Part shown: piece after piece, positions 7,400 through 17,376 of the stretch | Numbering within the stretch: the stretch's first letter is position 1 | Layout of the letters: each line of letters begins with the position of its first letter | From: Syntrophaceae bacterium | Lineage (GTDB): Bacteria; Desulfobacterota; Syntrophia; Syntrophales; UBA2185 | Reading direction: 5' to 3' | NCBI GenBank assembly: GCA_003153775.1 | Contig: PMBI01000062.1 | Span: forward strand, 4,110-68,109 | Length of the DNA stretch: 64,000 bases | The notes under the pieces: model-generated | Told to the model about the DNA's origin: nothing | The model's database searches: none | Seen by the model: only the letters and a program-made list of their open reading frames with translations | Position numbers and translations under genes: made by a program

Positions 7400-10132
7400 C
7401 TACTTCTTTTTTTCTATCGATCTCAAGATCTCATCCATCTTCTTTAGCTCTTCTCCATAACTGGCCCAGTTGCCGAGTTTTAGGGATTCCTGCGCCTTCC
7501 TGTAATGACTGAGGGCATCGAGGGCCGCCTGCCTGTCCGTCTTTTCCTTCGCAGTGGTCGCCCGCGTCTCGAGAGCAGGAATTTTTTCTTCCTTCATCAC
7601 CTTGGCGCCGAAGATGCGCTGCAAAGATGTCTCGAGATTGTCCTCCATGGCGATGGAATTGCCATAAGCCACGATGACCCTCTTCAATTCAGGGAGTTGC
7701 CCTTTTTCCGCCGCCAGGTAAAGCGATTCAAAATATATGATTGCCTTTTCGATGGGAATAGCAAGCAGCCTTCCCCGTATGACCTGTGAACCTTTCTGGT
7801 TCCAGAGGGAAAGCTGTTTGGAGATTTCCGTATCCTGGTCTATCCTCGCCTCAATCTGGCTCGGTCCGTATACCAGTTTCTGCTTGGGGAATTTGTAGAC
7901 GATCATCTTGCCGTAGCTCGCCGCATCGCAGCGGACCGCCATCCACGCAGACATGTTGTCTTTCCTGCTCGGGTTAAAGAGCAACAGAAGGATGAACTCT
8001 TCTTTCTTGTCCCCCGGAAGCTTCATGATCGTATAATACGGTTCCATCTCCGAATCATGACCGGGAGCATGTTTGCCGGGTATCGTCCAGAGGTCTTCTT
8101 TGTTGTAAAATACCTGCGGGTCCTGCATGTGATATGCGCCATACATGCGCGCCTGCAGAGCCATCATGGCGCGTGGGTAACGGATATGGCTTCTCAATTC
8201 TGCGGGCATCTCATCCATTGCCTTGAAGACCCCCGGGAATATTTTTGAGTAGGTCTGTATGATCGGATCCTTCGCATCGCTAACATAGAGTTTCACCGAG
8301 CCGTCATAGGCGTCCACGGTTGCCTTGAGGGAGTTGCGTATGTAGTTACCCATCTTGGCGCTCGGTTCGGAGTAAGGGAAACGATCTGTAATGGTATAAC
8401 CGTCCAGGATCCAGACAAGACGCCCCTCCGGGGTTATTACCATGTAAGGATCGCCGTCCATTTCGATAAAGGGGACGATGTGGGAGACCCGTTCCGTGAC
8501 TTTCCTGTAGTACATGACACGGCTGTCGGAAGTGATGTCATTGGAAAGGAGGATGGTGAAAGAGCCGAAACGCGCCGCGAAAAGCAGTTTCTTCCAGAAT
8601 GAAAGGGGCACGCCGCCGCTGCCTTCATAGCTGGAGTAGACGTTCTTGTCTCCCACAGGATAGTCGAATTCCTGCCGTTTTCCCTTGACAAAGATGTATT
8701 CGTTTGACGTCTCGCCGAAATAGATCTCGGGACGGGTAATCTTGACGTCCGTTGTCGAGACCGGCGGAATATCCTTGATGAAGAATTCCGGAAGGCCTTC
8801 TGCGGATATGCGGTTCACCGGGCCAAGAACAGCCCCATAGCCGTGTGTGTAAGTGAGGTGTTCATTGACCCACGTTCTCGAAGGCAGCGCCGGGTAGGAA
8901 AGCTCCCGCGGGGAGAGCATCACCTGGCGGTACTCCCCATTGACTATGTAGCGGTCGTTGTGGACACTTGTAAATTTGTAGTATGTCCGCATCTCCTGAA
9001 GCTGGCCGTACGTCTGGAGAAGCGGGGCATGGTCCCACAGGCGGATATTTTTCATGGTAATGTCATTTTTTCTCAAGTCTTCCCGGGTGAGGTTTTCCTC
9101 TACCGGGAATTCCTTGTCCTCAATATCATGAAGCTGATACGCCATCCTCGTGTACTGTATGTTCTTTTCGAGGTAGGGCGTTTCGAGGACGATCTCATTG
9201 GGAATCACCTTGAATTTCTGTATGAGTGAGGGATAAATGCCTCGGCCGACGATCATCAGCAACAGGAATATAACTACTGCGACGGCGGGAATGCGCCAGT
9301 CGGGACGAAAGGCATAATAAATAACCGAGAGCGCGCATAAAATACAGGCCCCCATCAAGGTCTTGAGCACCCAAAGCTGCGTGGTAACTTCCGTATATCC
9401 CGGGCCGAAGACAACCCCGCGCTTTGTAAAGAGCAGATCGTTCAACTCCAGCCAGACGCCGAATGTGCCCCAGAGGAAAAGAACGGCCACCAGTATGGCG
9501 ATGTGCATTCTTGCTTGAGGCGCAATCTGCCAGGTTCTGGGAGGTATAAAGCGGAAGGAACGGCGGGTAAGATATATGAATCCCGTTGCTACGATCGTGA
9601 AGATGATCGTAAACATAAGCCAGCTGTAGACGTGCGTCAAAAAGGGCAGACTGAAGATATAAAAGCCGATGTCTTTATTGAAGAGCGGATCGGGGATGCC
9701 GAAGGGAGTGGCGTTAGTAAAGAGCAGAAAATTTTCCCACTGGCCGGTTCCGTACGAGGCCGCAAAAAGCGCGAGGAAAATGGAGGCAGCCAGGATGAGC
9801 ACCTGCAGTCTCTTGCTTTCTATCTCCCACGGCGGCGCCTGGACGGTATCGCCCGTGTCGAAGACGACTACCGGAGAGGAGAGTCTCATAGCGAGGAAGA
9901 GGTTAAAATAGAAGATGATGAAAAAGACGCTGCCGAAGAGGGCTGCCATCTTCAATTTTGTCATGAGGGTGATATAAAACATATTCTGATAACCCACCTC
10001 ATTAAACCAGAGCCAGTCCGTGATAAGCATGATCGCCTGCATGGAGAGGGTGAATACGCCGAAAATAACGATGAAGAGAAGCACGACCTTGAAGTTTTGC
10101 AAACGGGGATGCGGAATTTTGAAATCAGCCAT
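7400..10132 (-). CDS. UPF0182 family large membrane protein
   Basis: About 910 aa with roughly 7 N-terminal TM helices and a large soluble C-terminal region. This matches my recollection of the UPF0182/COG1615 family. GGAGGA sits 8 nt upstream of ATG at 10132; the track start 10183 is probably too early. Confidence 0.8.
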   Translation of the reverse strand: MADFKIPHPRLQNFKVVLLFIVIFGVFTLSMQAIMLITDWLWFNEVGYQNMFYITLMTKLKMAALFGSVFFIIFYFNLFLAMRLSSPVVVFDTGDTVQAPPWEIESKRLQVLILAASIFLALFAASYGTGQWENFLLFTNATPFGIPDPLFNKDIGFYIFSLPFLTHVYSWLMFTIIFTIVATGFIYLTRRSFRFIPPRTWQIAPQARMHIAILVAVLFLWGTFGVWLELNDLLFTKRGVVFGPGYTEVTTQLWVLKTLMGACILCALSVIYYAFRPDWRIPAVAVVIFLLLMIVGRGIYPSLIQKFKVIPNEIVLETPYLEKNIQYTRMAYQLHDIEDKEFPVEENLTREDLRKNDITMKNIRLWDHAPLLQTYGQLQEMRTYYKFTSVHNDRYIVNGEYRQVMLSPRELSYPALPSRTWVNEHLTYTHGYGAVLGPVNRISAEGLPEFFIKDIPPVSTTDVKITRPEIYFGETSNEYIFVKGKRQEFDYPVGDKNVYSSYEGSGGVPLSFWKKLLFAARFGSFTILLSNDITSDSRVMYYRKVTERVSHIVPFIEMDGDPYMVITPEGRLVWILDGYTITDRFPYSEPSAKMGNYIRNSLKATVDAYDGSVKLYVSDAKDPIIQTYSKIFPGVFKAMDEMPAELRSHIRYPRAMMALQARMYGAYHMQDPQVFYNKEDLWTIPGKHAPGHDSEMEPYYTIMKLPGDKKEEFILLLLFNPSRKDNMSAWMAVRCDAASYGKMIVYKFPKQKLVYGPSQIEARIDQDTEISKQLSLWNQKGSQVIRGRLLAIPIEKAIIYFESLYLAAEKGQLPELKRVIVAYGNSIAMEDNLETSLQRIFGAKVMKEEKIPALETRATTAKEKTDRQAALDALSHYRKAQESLKLGNWASYGEELKKMDEILRSIEKKK

Positions 10133-10325
10133 TTTTATTTTCCTCCAGAGTTGCATCGTAGGTAAATGAGCATAAGATGTCAAGAAGCAAAGCAGACGTG
10201 TGCACCTTCACTGCAGTGGGACATGAAACCGAAACTGGCCTTTACTTCTACCGGGCAAGATATTATGATCGCGGGGCAGGAATATCCCGATGCGGAACAT
10301 CGGGGGAACCTCAATTCATTTTTGA

Positions 10326-10676
10326 ATGAAAAAGGATTTAAAAATAATAACTGTGTTCATAGTCGTCATGGGTATTCTCATCGCCCTCTCCTGCGGAGAC
10401 AATAAAGTCGGCAGACCTTGGGGGATTTCAGATGAGGCGATCAGCGGCATTGTGAAGACGAAACTGGGATGCGATGCAATCAACGTCATCGTTAACAATG
10501 TGGGTGCTCCTCAAGCCACATGTGATCAACTGGGAGACTGTAGTGATTATGCTGACGTCAATCTCACTATGGAAGGAGTGTGTGGAGGTAGAACTATTAA
10601 GGGGTCATGTATTTTGAGATTATATAAAAGCAAGATGGGTAATTACAGAGGAGAGATGATAGAGGGTTCGGGATAG
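10326..10676 (+). CDS. Small Cys-rich lipoprotein, unknown function
   Basis: 116 aa. Signal peptide ending LIALSCG (lipobox), 8 further Cys residues, in AT-rich local context. Confidence 0.55.
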   Translation: MKKDLKIITVFIVVMGILIALSCGDNKVGRPWGISDEAISGIVKTKLGCDAINVIVNNVGAPQATCDQLGDCSDYADVNLTMEGVCGGRTIKGSCILRLYKSKMGNYRGEMIEGSG

Positions 10677-10777
10677 GGAGCCAAAGGAACGATTGCAACA
10701 ATGAATAGAACCTTCTCCTTTTTCTCACTTTTTCTCCTTTGTATTCAAATAGGCGCTGCTCCTATCTATAAGGAAAG

Positions 10778-11284
10778 ATGAAATCTATTAGGACATTTCT
10801 AATTGTGGTAATTTTGGTCGTAGGTTGCCAGGATCAATATCCGGCATGGCCGGATTATGTCATGACAAGCATGTGGATACCGGCAGACGCGAAGGACATT
10901 CGCTACAACAAACTGGATGACTCTTATCAGATCCGATATAAAGTCAATGAATGCTATCCTGGGCGTATTTTCATACGTGGAATGGTTGGTGAGATGACGA
11001 GAAAGGGTTGGCAAAGGCTGGATGTTGATTTTCTTGATCCTAAAATTAAATTAAATCATGCTCAATTACCAGGTGATATCTGGAGCCACTTCACAGATAA
11101 GAATGCGGGCGACATATATCAATGGTTAGATGATTGGGAGGATTCGCAAAGGAATTTTGTGCGTTATGGATTAAAATATCAAGCAAAGCATACAGCGCCG
11201 AAAAATGCGTGTAGCCTTGAGGTAGTCATCATCTATCTATTGGCCGATAGTCGACCGCGAAATATATCACCCGCAATACAGTAA
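10778..11284 (+). CDS. Lipoprotein, unknown function
   Basis: 168 aa. Signal peptide with lipobox LVVGC. No recognised domain. Confidence 0.6.
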   Translation: MKSIRTFLIVVILVVGCQDQYPAWPDYVMTSMWIPADAKDIRYNKLDDSYQIRYKVNECYPGRIFIRGMVGEMTRKGWQRLDVDFLDPKIKLNHAQLPGDIWSHFTDKNAGDIYQWLDDWEDSQRNFVRYGLKYQAKHTAPKNACSLEVVIIYLLADSRPRNISPAIQ

Positions 11285-11430
11285 GTAGACCGTTAAAGGG
11301 GACGGTTGTACTAGCTCAATAATTCGGGGGACATCTTACTTAATCATGAGAAGACTTGACGGAATTCGATATTTGACGATTAGGGTTGATTGGAGGTTAG
11401 GTCCCTGGTTTTGCTTCGGCGAGTTGTTGC

Positions 11431-11754
11431 CTATTTTTTCCTTTTCTTGAGAGCGTCCACCCTTCTGACGACGAGTTTGTATATTTGCTGCTTGTCTCGT
11501 TTACCGATGCCGATTATCTCCACGATTTCTATTTCTCTGCCAATGAGACGATATACTATCCTGTAGGTCTTCTTGGCCACGTACAGTTTATAAAATCCCG
11601 TCAGATTCACATTGCCCCGAACCCCCAGAGGTCTTCCCAGAAAAGGATTCTCGGTCAGAGCGTCAATCTTTGATGCCACTTCTTTCTTCACACCGCCATC
11701 AAGCGCATCAAATTCCTTAGCTGCTGCCGGATGGAACTCTATTTTAGAGGCCAT
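11431..11754 (-). CDS. Type II toxin, RelE/ParE family
   Basis: 107 aa. The pattern ..EFHPAAAKEF..LTENPFLGRPL..YKLYVAKKTYRIVYRL..EIVEIIGIGKRD is typical of RelE/StbE/ParE toxins. It overlaps the upstream antitoxin gene by 11 nt. Confidence 0.85.
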   Translation of the reverse strand: MASKIEFHPAAAKEFDALDGGVKKEVASKIDALTENPFLGRPLGVRGNVNLTGFYKLYVAKKTYRIVYRLIGREIEIVEIIGIGKRDKQQIYKLVVRRVDALKKRKK

Positions 11755-12025
11755 ATTTTTCTTTCATTTTTTCCCAGGAGAGGTTTTTCGCCCTATCATG
11801 CCCTGTGAGACGATTCGTAACCATTTCTGCTATCTCAAGATGCTCAAGCACTTCTTCCATATCACGCAGCGACTGGTATTCCTCTACCGATATAATTACC
11901 GCTTTGACGGCATTATTTCTCATCACATATACGGGCTCACCTGACTCAGAGACATCACGAATTTTTTTCGTAAGTTTCTTTTGCAGCTCCGTCACGGGAA
12001 CCATGTTCTCCGTATCTACTCTCAT
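11744..12025 (-). CDS. Type II antitoxin, Phd/YefM family
   Basis: 93 aa. VPVTELQKKLTKKIRDVSESGEPVYVMRNNAVKAVIISVEEYQSL is the Phd/YefM N-terminal fold signature. AAGGAG Shine-Dalgarno sequence upstream. Confidence 0.85.
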   Translation of the reverse strand: MRVDTENMVPVTELQKKLTKKIRDVSESGEPVYVMRNNAVKAVIISVEEYQSLRDMEEVLEHLEIAEMVTNRLTGHDRAKNLSWEKMKEKYGL

Positions 12026-12041
12026 AGCAATTACTCCTTAG

Positions 12042-12059
12042 ATTATTGCCTATAATAAT
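12042..12059 (-). promoter_or_regulatory. Candidate antitoxin operator (inverted repeat ATTATT-N6-AATAAT)
   Basis: Inverted hexamers lie 17-34 nt upstream of the antitoxin start in an AT-rich promoter region. Autoregulation is a general property of type II TA modules. Confidence 0.3.
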
Positions 12060-12261
12060 ACACATAATTCTACGTATGTCAATATAGAAAGCGTCGGCGT
12101 TTCATCGACATTGTCGCACTCGCTATGCACATGAGCGCTTTTCCTACTCCCCTTCACCGTGATTCCTAACCGCATATAAACCACTTTGCATATTTGCTTC
12201 CGCGTGCTATATATCGACGCCGTTGATTCGGAGTGTTTGATATTTCACGAGAGGTCTATCC

Positions 12262-13833
12262 ATGCAGAAAGAAGTCATCAAGGCAAACATCGTCGTTTTC
12301 ATCGCCAGCTTCTGCACACTGGTCATTGAGCTGGTTGCAGGAAGGATCATGGCGCCGCACGTGGGCGTGTCTCTCTACACATGGACAAGCATTATCGGCG
12401 TCGTCCTTGCCGGTATCAGCATAGGCGCGTACGTGGGCGGCTTGCTTGCCGACCGGTTTCCCCGGCCTTCGACGCTCGGCTGGCTCCTCTTTGCTTCCGG
12501 CATTGGGGCTCTTTCCATATCACCTCTCACGAATCTTCTCGGCGCGGCCCATTTTCAGACGACGCTGATGGTACGGATATTAATCCTCACAACATTTATT
12601 TTCTTCATCCCATCCTGCATCCTCGGAATGATTTCCCCCGTCGTCGTCAAGCTTACGCTTCACAACCTCGCGAAGACTGGCAACGTGGTGGGAAAGCTCT
12701 ATGCCTTCTCCACACTCGGCTCGATCATCGGCACCTTTGCCACGGGCTTCTTCCTCATCTCGTGGATGGGAACAAGGAATTTACTTTTGACTGTGGGAAT
12801 TATTCTGATAATTTCCGCCATGATCTTCGGCGGGCTTCTCACGAGAAAAAAACGCTCTGCCGTTTTCCTTGTTATTTCTACTGTGATCATTCTTTCACTC
12901 ACCTGGGTATTCCATGGTTATGCGTTCAAGATGCCTGTCGATGACAAGACATATTTTTTCGAGGAAAGCGACTACTATACCCTTCAGATAAGGAAGTGCC
13001 TCACACGAGATCAGCAGACCTGGGCGGATGCGCTGGTCCTGGACCATCTCATACACTCCATAAATGTCTATGACGACCCCTTCCATCTCGATTATGAATA
13101 CATCAGGATATACGAAGAGCTTATGAGATGGCGGATGAACAGGTCGGGAACCCTCGCGACCCTGTTCATCGGCGGCGGGGGCTATACCCTGCCCCGCGCC
13201 CTTGAGTTGATGTATCCCAAAGCGGAGATCGACGTCGTGGAGATTGACCCGGAGATAACGCGGCTGGCTCAGGAATATCTCGGAGTGCCCGGCAATACGC
13301 GGATCAGGTCCTTCAATGAAGACGGCCGCTGGTTTGTGATGAATTCAGCCGACGAGGGAAAATATGATTTCATCGTGGGAGACGCCTTCAATGACCTCTC
13401 GATCCCTTACCATCTGACGACTAAGGAATTCGCCCTGCAGATGGCGCGGCTCCTGAAACCGAACGGCATATTGATGGCCAATGTGATCGACAGCTACGAG
13501 AAGGGACTCTTCATGCCTTCCTACATCCGGACGCTCGAAGAAGTCTTCGGCAGGGGAAACGTCCACCTCGTCTCCCCGAAGCCCGATCAGGAGAATAAGG
13601 GCATCAGCACCCGCGTTATCGTGGCGAGCAAGAGTGGCGTTGACATGAATGACTTCGTCAAATTCATCGGGGAAAAAGACGGCAAGGGTGTCATGTCCCA
13701 CGTTATGCCCCAGGAACGGCTCCAGCAGTATCTCGCCCAGCGGCCTTCGATTGTCCTCACCGATGACTATGTGCCGGTGGACAATCTGACAGCGCCGATC
13801 TTCGAAGAACGTTACGGCTACCAAACACATTAG
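12262..13833 (+). CDS. Fused polytopic membrane domain / spermidine synthase-like protein
   Basis: 523 aa with about 7 N-terminal TM helices. The C-terminal class I methyltransferase-fold region (LFIGGGGYTLPR..VVEIDPEI..GDAFND) is typical of spermidine-synthase-like fusions. Confidence 0.85.
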   Translation: MQKEVIKANIVVFIASFCTLVIELVAGRIMAPHVGVSLYTWTSIIGVVLAGISIGAYVGGLLADRFPRPSTLGWLLFASGIGALSISPLTNLLGAAHFQTTLMVRILILTTFIFFIPSCILGMISPVVVKLTLHNLAKTGNVVGKLYAFSTLGSIIGTFATGFFLISWMGTRNLLLTVGIILIISAMIFGGLLTRKKRSAVFLVISTVIILSLTWVFHGYAFKMPVDDKTYFFEESDYYTLQIRKCLTRDQQTWADALVLDHLIHSINVYDDPFHLDYEYIRIYEELMRWRMNRSGTLATLFIGGGGYTLPRALELMYPKAEIDVVEIDPEITRLAQEYLGVPGNTRIRSFNEDGRWFVMNSADEGKYDFIVGDAFNDLSIPYHLTTKEFALQMARLLKPNGILMANVIDSYEKGLFMPSYIRTLEEVFGRGNVHLVSPKPDQENKGISTRVIVASKSGVDMNDFVKFIGEKDGKGVMSHVMPQERLQQYLAQRPSIVLTDDYVPVDNLTAPIFEERYGYQTH

Positions 13834-13863
13834 AATTTACTGATCCCGGGAAGAGGAGATATC

Positions 13864-15063
13864 ATGCTTTCGGAGATTCAACTTGACAGGTATGCGGATG
13901 TGCTCATCTGGGCATTGAAGGTGGCGAGAAAAAAACCGTTCAAGAAAGACGATACCATTCTTCTCCAGTATGACCGCCAGGCCCTCGGACTCGCGGAAAT
14001 CCTCTATAATAGGATACTGCACATGGGCATGAATCCGATTCAAAGGATGGGCATGACGGTTCCCATGGAACGCGGCTTCTACGAAGCTGCGAACGGGAGA
14101 CAGCTCGTCTATCTCCCTCCGGGAGATAAAGAACTTTACAACGGCATTAACGGCCGGATATTTCTCCACGCACCGGACGCCCTCACCCACCTGAAGAACG
14201 TTGACCCGCTGAGAATCGGGAAGGTCCTCGTGGCAAGAAAGCCCTTCCGGGATATCCTCAACAAGCGGGAGGAGGAGGGCCTCTATAGTTGGACCCTCAG
14301 CACTCTTCCCACAGATGAGCTCGCGAAGCAGGCAAGGATGTCGTCCGCTAAGTATACGGAGCAGATTATCAAGGCATGCTACCTGGATTTTGATGATCCC
14401 GTTTCGCGCTGGCAGGCAATTCTCAAGGAAGTCACGGGAATCAAGAGGTGGCTGAACAGCCTCAACGTGAAATCCCTTCATATCGAATCCGAGAATATCG
14501 ATCTCACGATTAAGCCGGGAGACAGAAGGCTCTGGATAGGCATATCCGGGCATAATATACCGAGCTTTGAAATATTCACTTCGCCTGATTGGCGGGGAAC
14601 GGAAGGCCGGTATTTTGCGAATCTGCCTTCTTTCCGCAGCGGCAATTATGTGGAAGGGGTGCGCCTGACCTTTGACAAGGGCACGGTTACGAAGATCGGG
14701 GCGGATACGGGCGAGGATTTCACCGTCAAGCAGCTTTCCATGGACAGGGGAGCGCGCCGGGTCGGGGAATTCTCCCTCACAGACAAGCGTTTCTCCCGGA
14801 TCGACCGTTTCATGGCCGATACGCTTTACGATGAAAATCACGGCGGCAGGTTTGGAAATTGCCATCTTGCCCTTGGGTCTTCCTACAGCGTCACATACGA
14901 CGGAGATCCGGCAGAACTCACCAGAGAAGCAAAAAGGAAGATGGGATTCAATGACTCAGCCCTTCACTGGGACCTCGTTAACACGGAAGACAAGACAGTG
15001 ACCGCGGCCCTTGCCACAGGGGAAAAGCTTCTCATTTACACAGACGGCGCGTTCAAGCACTGA
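13864..15063 (+). CDS. Aminopeptidase, M29 (AmpS/PepS-like) family
   Basis: 399 aa. The overall pattern ..YADVLIWALKV.. and C-terminal ..DENHGGRFGNCHLALGSSY..ALHWDLV matches thermophilic metalloprotease M29. Confidence 0.8.
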   Translation: MLSEIQLDRYADVLIWALKVARKKPFKKDDTILLQYDRQALGLAEILYNRILHMGMNPIQRMGMTVPMERGFYEAANGRQLVYLPPGDKELYNGINGRIFLHAPDALTHLKNVDPLRIGKVLVARKPFRDILNKREEEGLYSWTLSTLPTDELAKQARMSSAKYTEQIIKACYLDFDDPVSRWQAILKEVTGIKRWLNSLNVKSLHIESENIDLTIKPGDRRLWIGISGHNIPSFEIFTSPDWRGTEGRYFANLPSFRSGNYVEGVRLTFDKGTVTKIGADTGEDFTVKQLSMDRGARRVGEFSLTDKRFSRIDRFMADTLYDENHGGRFGNCHLALGSSYSVTYDGDPAELTREAKRKMGFNDSALHWDLVNTEDKTVTAALATGEKLLIYTDGAFKH

Positions 15064-15090
15064 TCCCCACGATGGACTCTTCTGCGGCAG

Positions 15091-15288
15091 TCATTCCTGG
15101 TCTTTCACGTAATTCCCGCAGCGGGGACAAAATATTCTATTGGTGGAATCACAATAGGTATCTTCCATCTCGCATATCGGGCAATAAAAAATGCTGCGGG
15201 CATTTGATCCCGGCAGGAACGTGCCGCACAATCTGCAGACCTGCAAATCTTTTTCGATTGTTCCTCTGCAGAAAGGACATTCTTTCAT
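15091..15288 (-). CDS. Small double zinc-ribbon protein
   Basis: 65 aa with four CxxC pairs (CPFC, CRLC, CPIC, CPRC). No strong Shine-Dalgarno sequence, so coding status is moderate. Confidence 0.5.
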   Translation of the reverse strand: MKECPFCRGTIEKDLQVCRLCGTFLPGSNARSIFYCPICEMEDTYCDSTNRIFCPRCGNYVKDQE

Positions 15289-15378
15289 ATGTACATCTCA
15301 CCGTATCGGGGATGGCAGCAGGATATCTGTGGCCGGTTTATATGGCAAGGAAAAAGAAGCGGGGTTCCTGCGTGGTCA

Positions 15379-16041
15379 TCAAACAGAACCATCTATAAAA
15401 AGATCATTGATGAACGACCACTCCGTGTTTGCATCTGACGAAATTTCTTCTATCAGCGCTTCGAATTCCTGCCACATGGTTTCGTTCTTAATTTCACAAC
15501 TGTGCCCCCAGAAGGAAAAGACGCCGACTTTCTCTTTCGCTGTCTTAAACCTGGGCCAGAAATCGGAAGACAGAAAATGACAACTAAAATTATATTCGAG
15601 AGGATCGCGGGGCGGAAAGATGCCTTCGTCATTTTGACTGCCTCTGGCCCAGACATAGCCGGCAGACCGGAGGGCGGCTTTTACAGTTTCATTGTGGGCA
15701 TTGAAAGGATAGCAGAATCCAAGGACAGATTTCTTGAAAATATTCTCTAAAATATCACGGCTCGCTCCGACTTCCCAGGCCAATCGCTCCGCTGAGACAT
15801 CCGTCAGGCACGGATGGGTCATCGAATGGCTGCATATCTCGAATCCATCGTATACGTCGGGCAACTCGCCTGCAGAGAGCCGCCACACCTCGCGCCCTTC
15901 ATGAATCCATCCAAACGATCTCTCTTCAAGGTTCAGCCCCGGATTGAGACTGAATGAGGCTTTCGCATTGTAGCCGCGCAGTATATGGGTCAGACGGACA
16001 TCATCGACGATTCCGTCATCCCAGCATTGAATCACTTTCAT
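15379..16041 (-). CDS. Polysaccharide deacetylase (NodB homology) family protein
   Basis: 220 aa. WDDGIVDD (motif 1) and SHSMTHP (motif 2) fit the NodB-type carbohydrate esterase 4 fold. Confidence 0.8.
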   Translation of the reverse strand: MKVIQCWDDGIVDDVRLTHILRGYNAKASFSLNPGLNLEERSFGWIHEGREVWRLSAGELPDVYDGFEICSHSMTHPCLTDVSAERLAWEVGASRDILENIFKKSVLGFCYPFNAHNETVKAALRSAGYVWARGSQNDEGIFPPRDPLEYNFSCHFLSSDFWPRFKTAKEKVGVFSFWGHSCEIKNETMWQEFEALIEEISSDANTEWSFINDLFIDGSV

Positions 16042-16052
16042 CTGAAGTTCGC

Positions 16053-17339
16053 TTAGCGCCCGGATTTTCTGAATATGCCATGTTCCATGAGAAGAACGAC
16101 AATAACCCCCACGACAAATCCATTTCCGGCAATGGGCCGCAGGATCCGGGGGAATCCCTGAAAGAAGGCGGCCGGCATGAAGGCTATCACTGTTGCGATA
16201 AGAATAGGCATGCCGATAATCATGCCGTCGTCAAATGTCAATTCCCGCAAAGATTCGAAGGCTACAAGGAGACCGGCCGAGACCTGCGAGCACAGCACGT
16301 AAAACATGATGCTCCCGATCACAACCGGAGGGACGATCCCCATAAAACCTATCGTCATGGGGGAAAAGGATATCAAGAGCAGAATCGCCGCTGCCGGTAG
16401 CAAGGTGAAGCGCGACATGCAGCCTGTAGCAGCAACAACGCCCGCGCTCATGGAATAATTAACCTGTCCTATGACGCCGAAAATTCCTGCCGTGACATTA
16501 GCGAGGCCTGTAAAGAAAACGCCACGGTTGATCCTTTTTGCCATGTCTTTAGTGTCTATAAGAGCATTGATGGACTGCATCGAGCCGAGGTCGTTAATCG
16601 ACAGAGCCACAAAGCAGACAAAGAAGGATATCAAAAGCCCTGCATCGAAAGACAGATGACCGATCATATTCGTAAAAAATGGCGCGATGAATTTTGAAGA
16701 TGCTACAGCCGTCATATTGAGGTTCTCCGGGAAGATGAAAAAATAGGCGGCGCTCCCGACGAACATCGAGATCATTATCAGAACGGATTTCCATATTCCC
16801 GCAAGGAACCGGTGGAGAATCAGCGTAAGCAAAGTAAGGGCCAGGGCATAAACCATATTCACCTGCGGCGTCGTCCCCTGCGGGTCCGACACAAGTGTCA
16901 TGATGATCGGCGTCAGCGTAAAGGCAATCAACAGGAGCACTACCGCCACAACGCGGGGTGTAAAGAGCCGCTGGAGATGCCCGAATAGACCTGTCATGCC
17001 CGCAATACCCAGGATCACTCCTCCGCTGATCACGGCCGTCGATATGGCATCAAGGTCAAATCCGCGGCTGGAAATAATGCCGATGAGGATCACCGAAGAA
17101 GGTCCCATGATGAGAGGCAGGCGATGGCCCCAAAGAATTTCGAGACAGAGGAAGACCGCGGTGATGAAGGCCATCTTCTGCAGGTACGCCGTCTGGAAGG
17201 CGGGATCGGCCAGGTGATAGGCGGCAGCGATCTTACCTAAAATTATCAGGAAAGGCAGCATGAGGGCGCACCACTGAAGTCCCATCAGCAGAGACTCTCC
17301 CAGAGGCGGCCGATCTTCAAGGCCATACTTGAATTTCAT
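16053..17339 (-). CDS. NCS2 (xanthine/uracil/SLC23-like) family permease
   Basis: 428 aa with 12-14 TM helices. N-terminus YGLEDRPPLGESLLMGLQW resembles the NCS2 family start. Substrate unknown. Confidence 0.75.
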   Translation of the reverse strand: MKFKYGLEDRPPLGESLLMGLQWCALMLPFLIILGKIAAAYHLADPAFQTAYLQKMAFITAVFLCLEILWGHRLPLIMGPSSVILIGIISSRGFDLDAISTAVISGGVILGIAGMTGLFGHLQRLFTPRVVAVVLLLIAFTLTPIIMTLVSDPQGTTPQVNMVYALALTLLTLILHRFLAGIWKSVLIMISMFVGSAAYFFIFPENLNMTAVASSKFIAPFFTNMIGHLSFDAGLLISFFVCFVALSINDLGSMQSINALIDTKDMAKRINRGVFFTGLANVTAGIFGVIGQVNYSMSAGVVAATGCMSRFTLLPAAAILLLISFSPMTIGFMGIVPPVVIGSIMFYVLCSQVSAGLLVAFESLRELTFDDGMIIGMPILIATVIAFMPAAFFQGFPRILRPIAGNGFVVGVIVVLLMEHGIFRKSGR

Positions 17340-17376
17340 GGAATCAATCCTTCTTTCGGATCTCGCATGCGGCTTC

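Noticed and set aside
13837-14865. Long ORFs antisense to well-supported genes. Examples are 13837-14865, 19268-20233, 59564-60322, 5547-6200, 9503-10165, 6801-7460, 51807-52487 and 39923-40468.
   Set aside because: In each case the opposite strand encodes a protein with clear family motifs (M29 peptidase, AOR, M16, AlaS, UPF0182, lipoprotein, RND, flavoprotein). The antisense translations are Arg/Pro/Gly-rich low-complexity strings typical of GC-rich antisense frames, and they have no start context.
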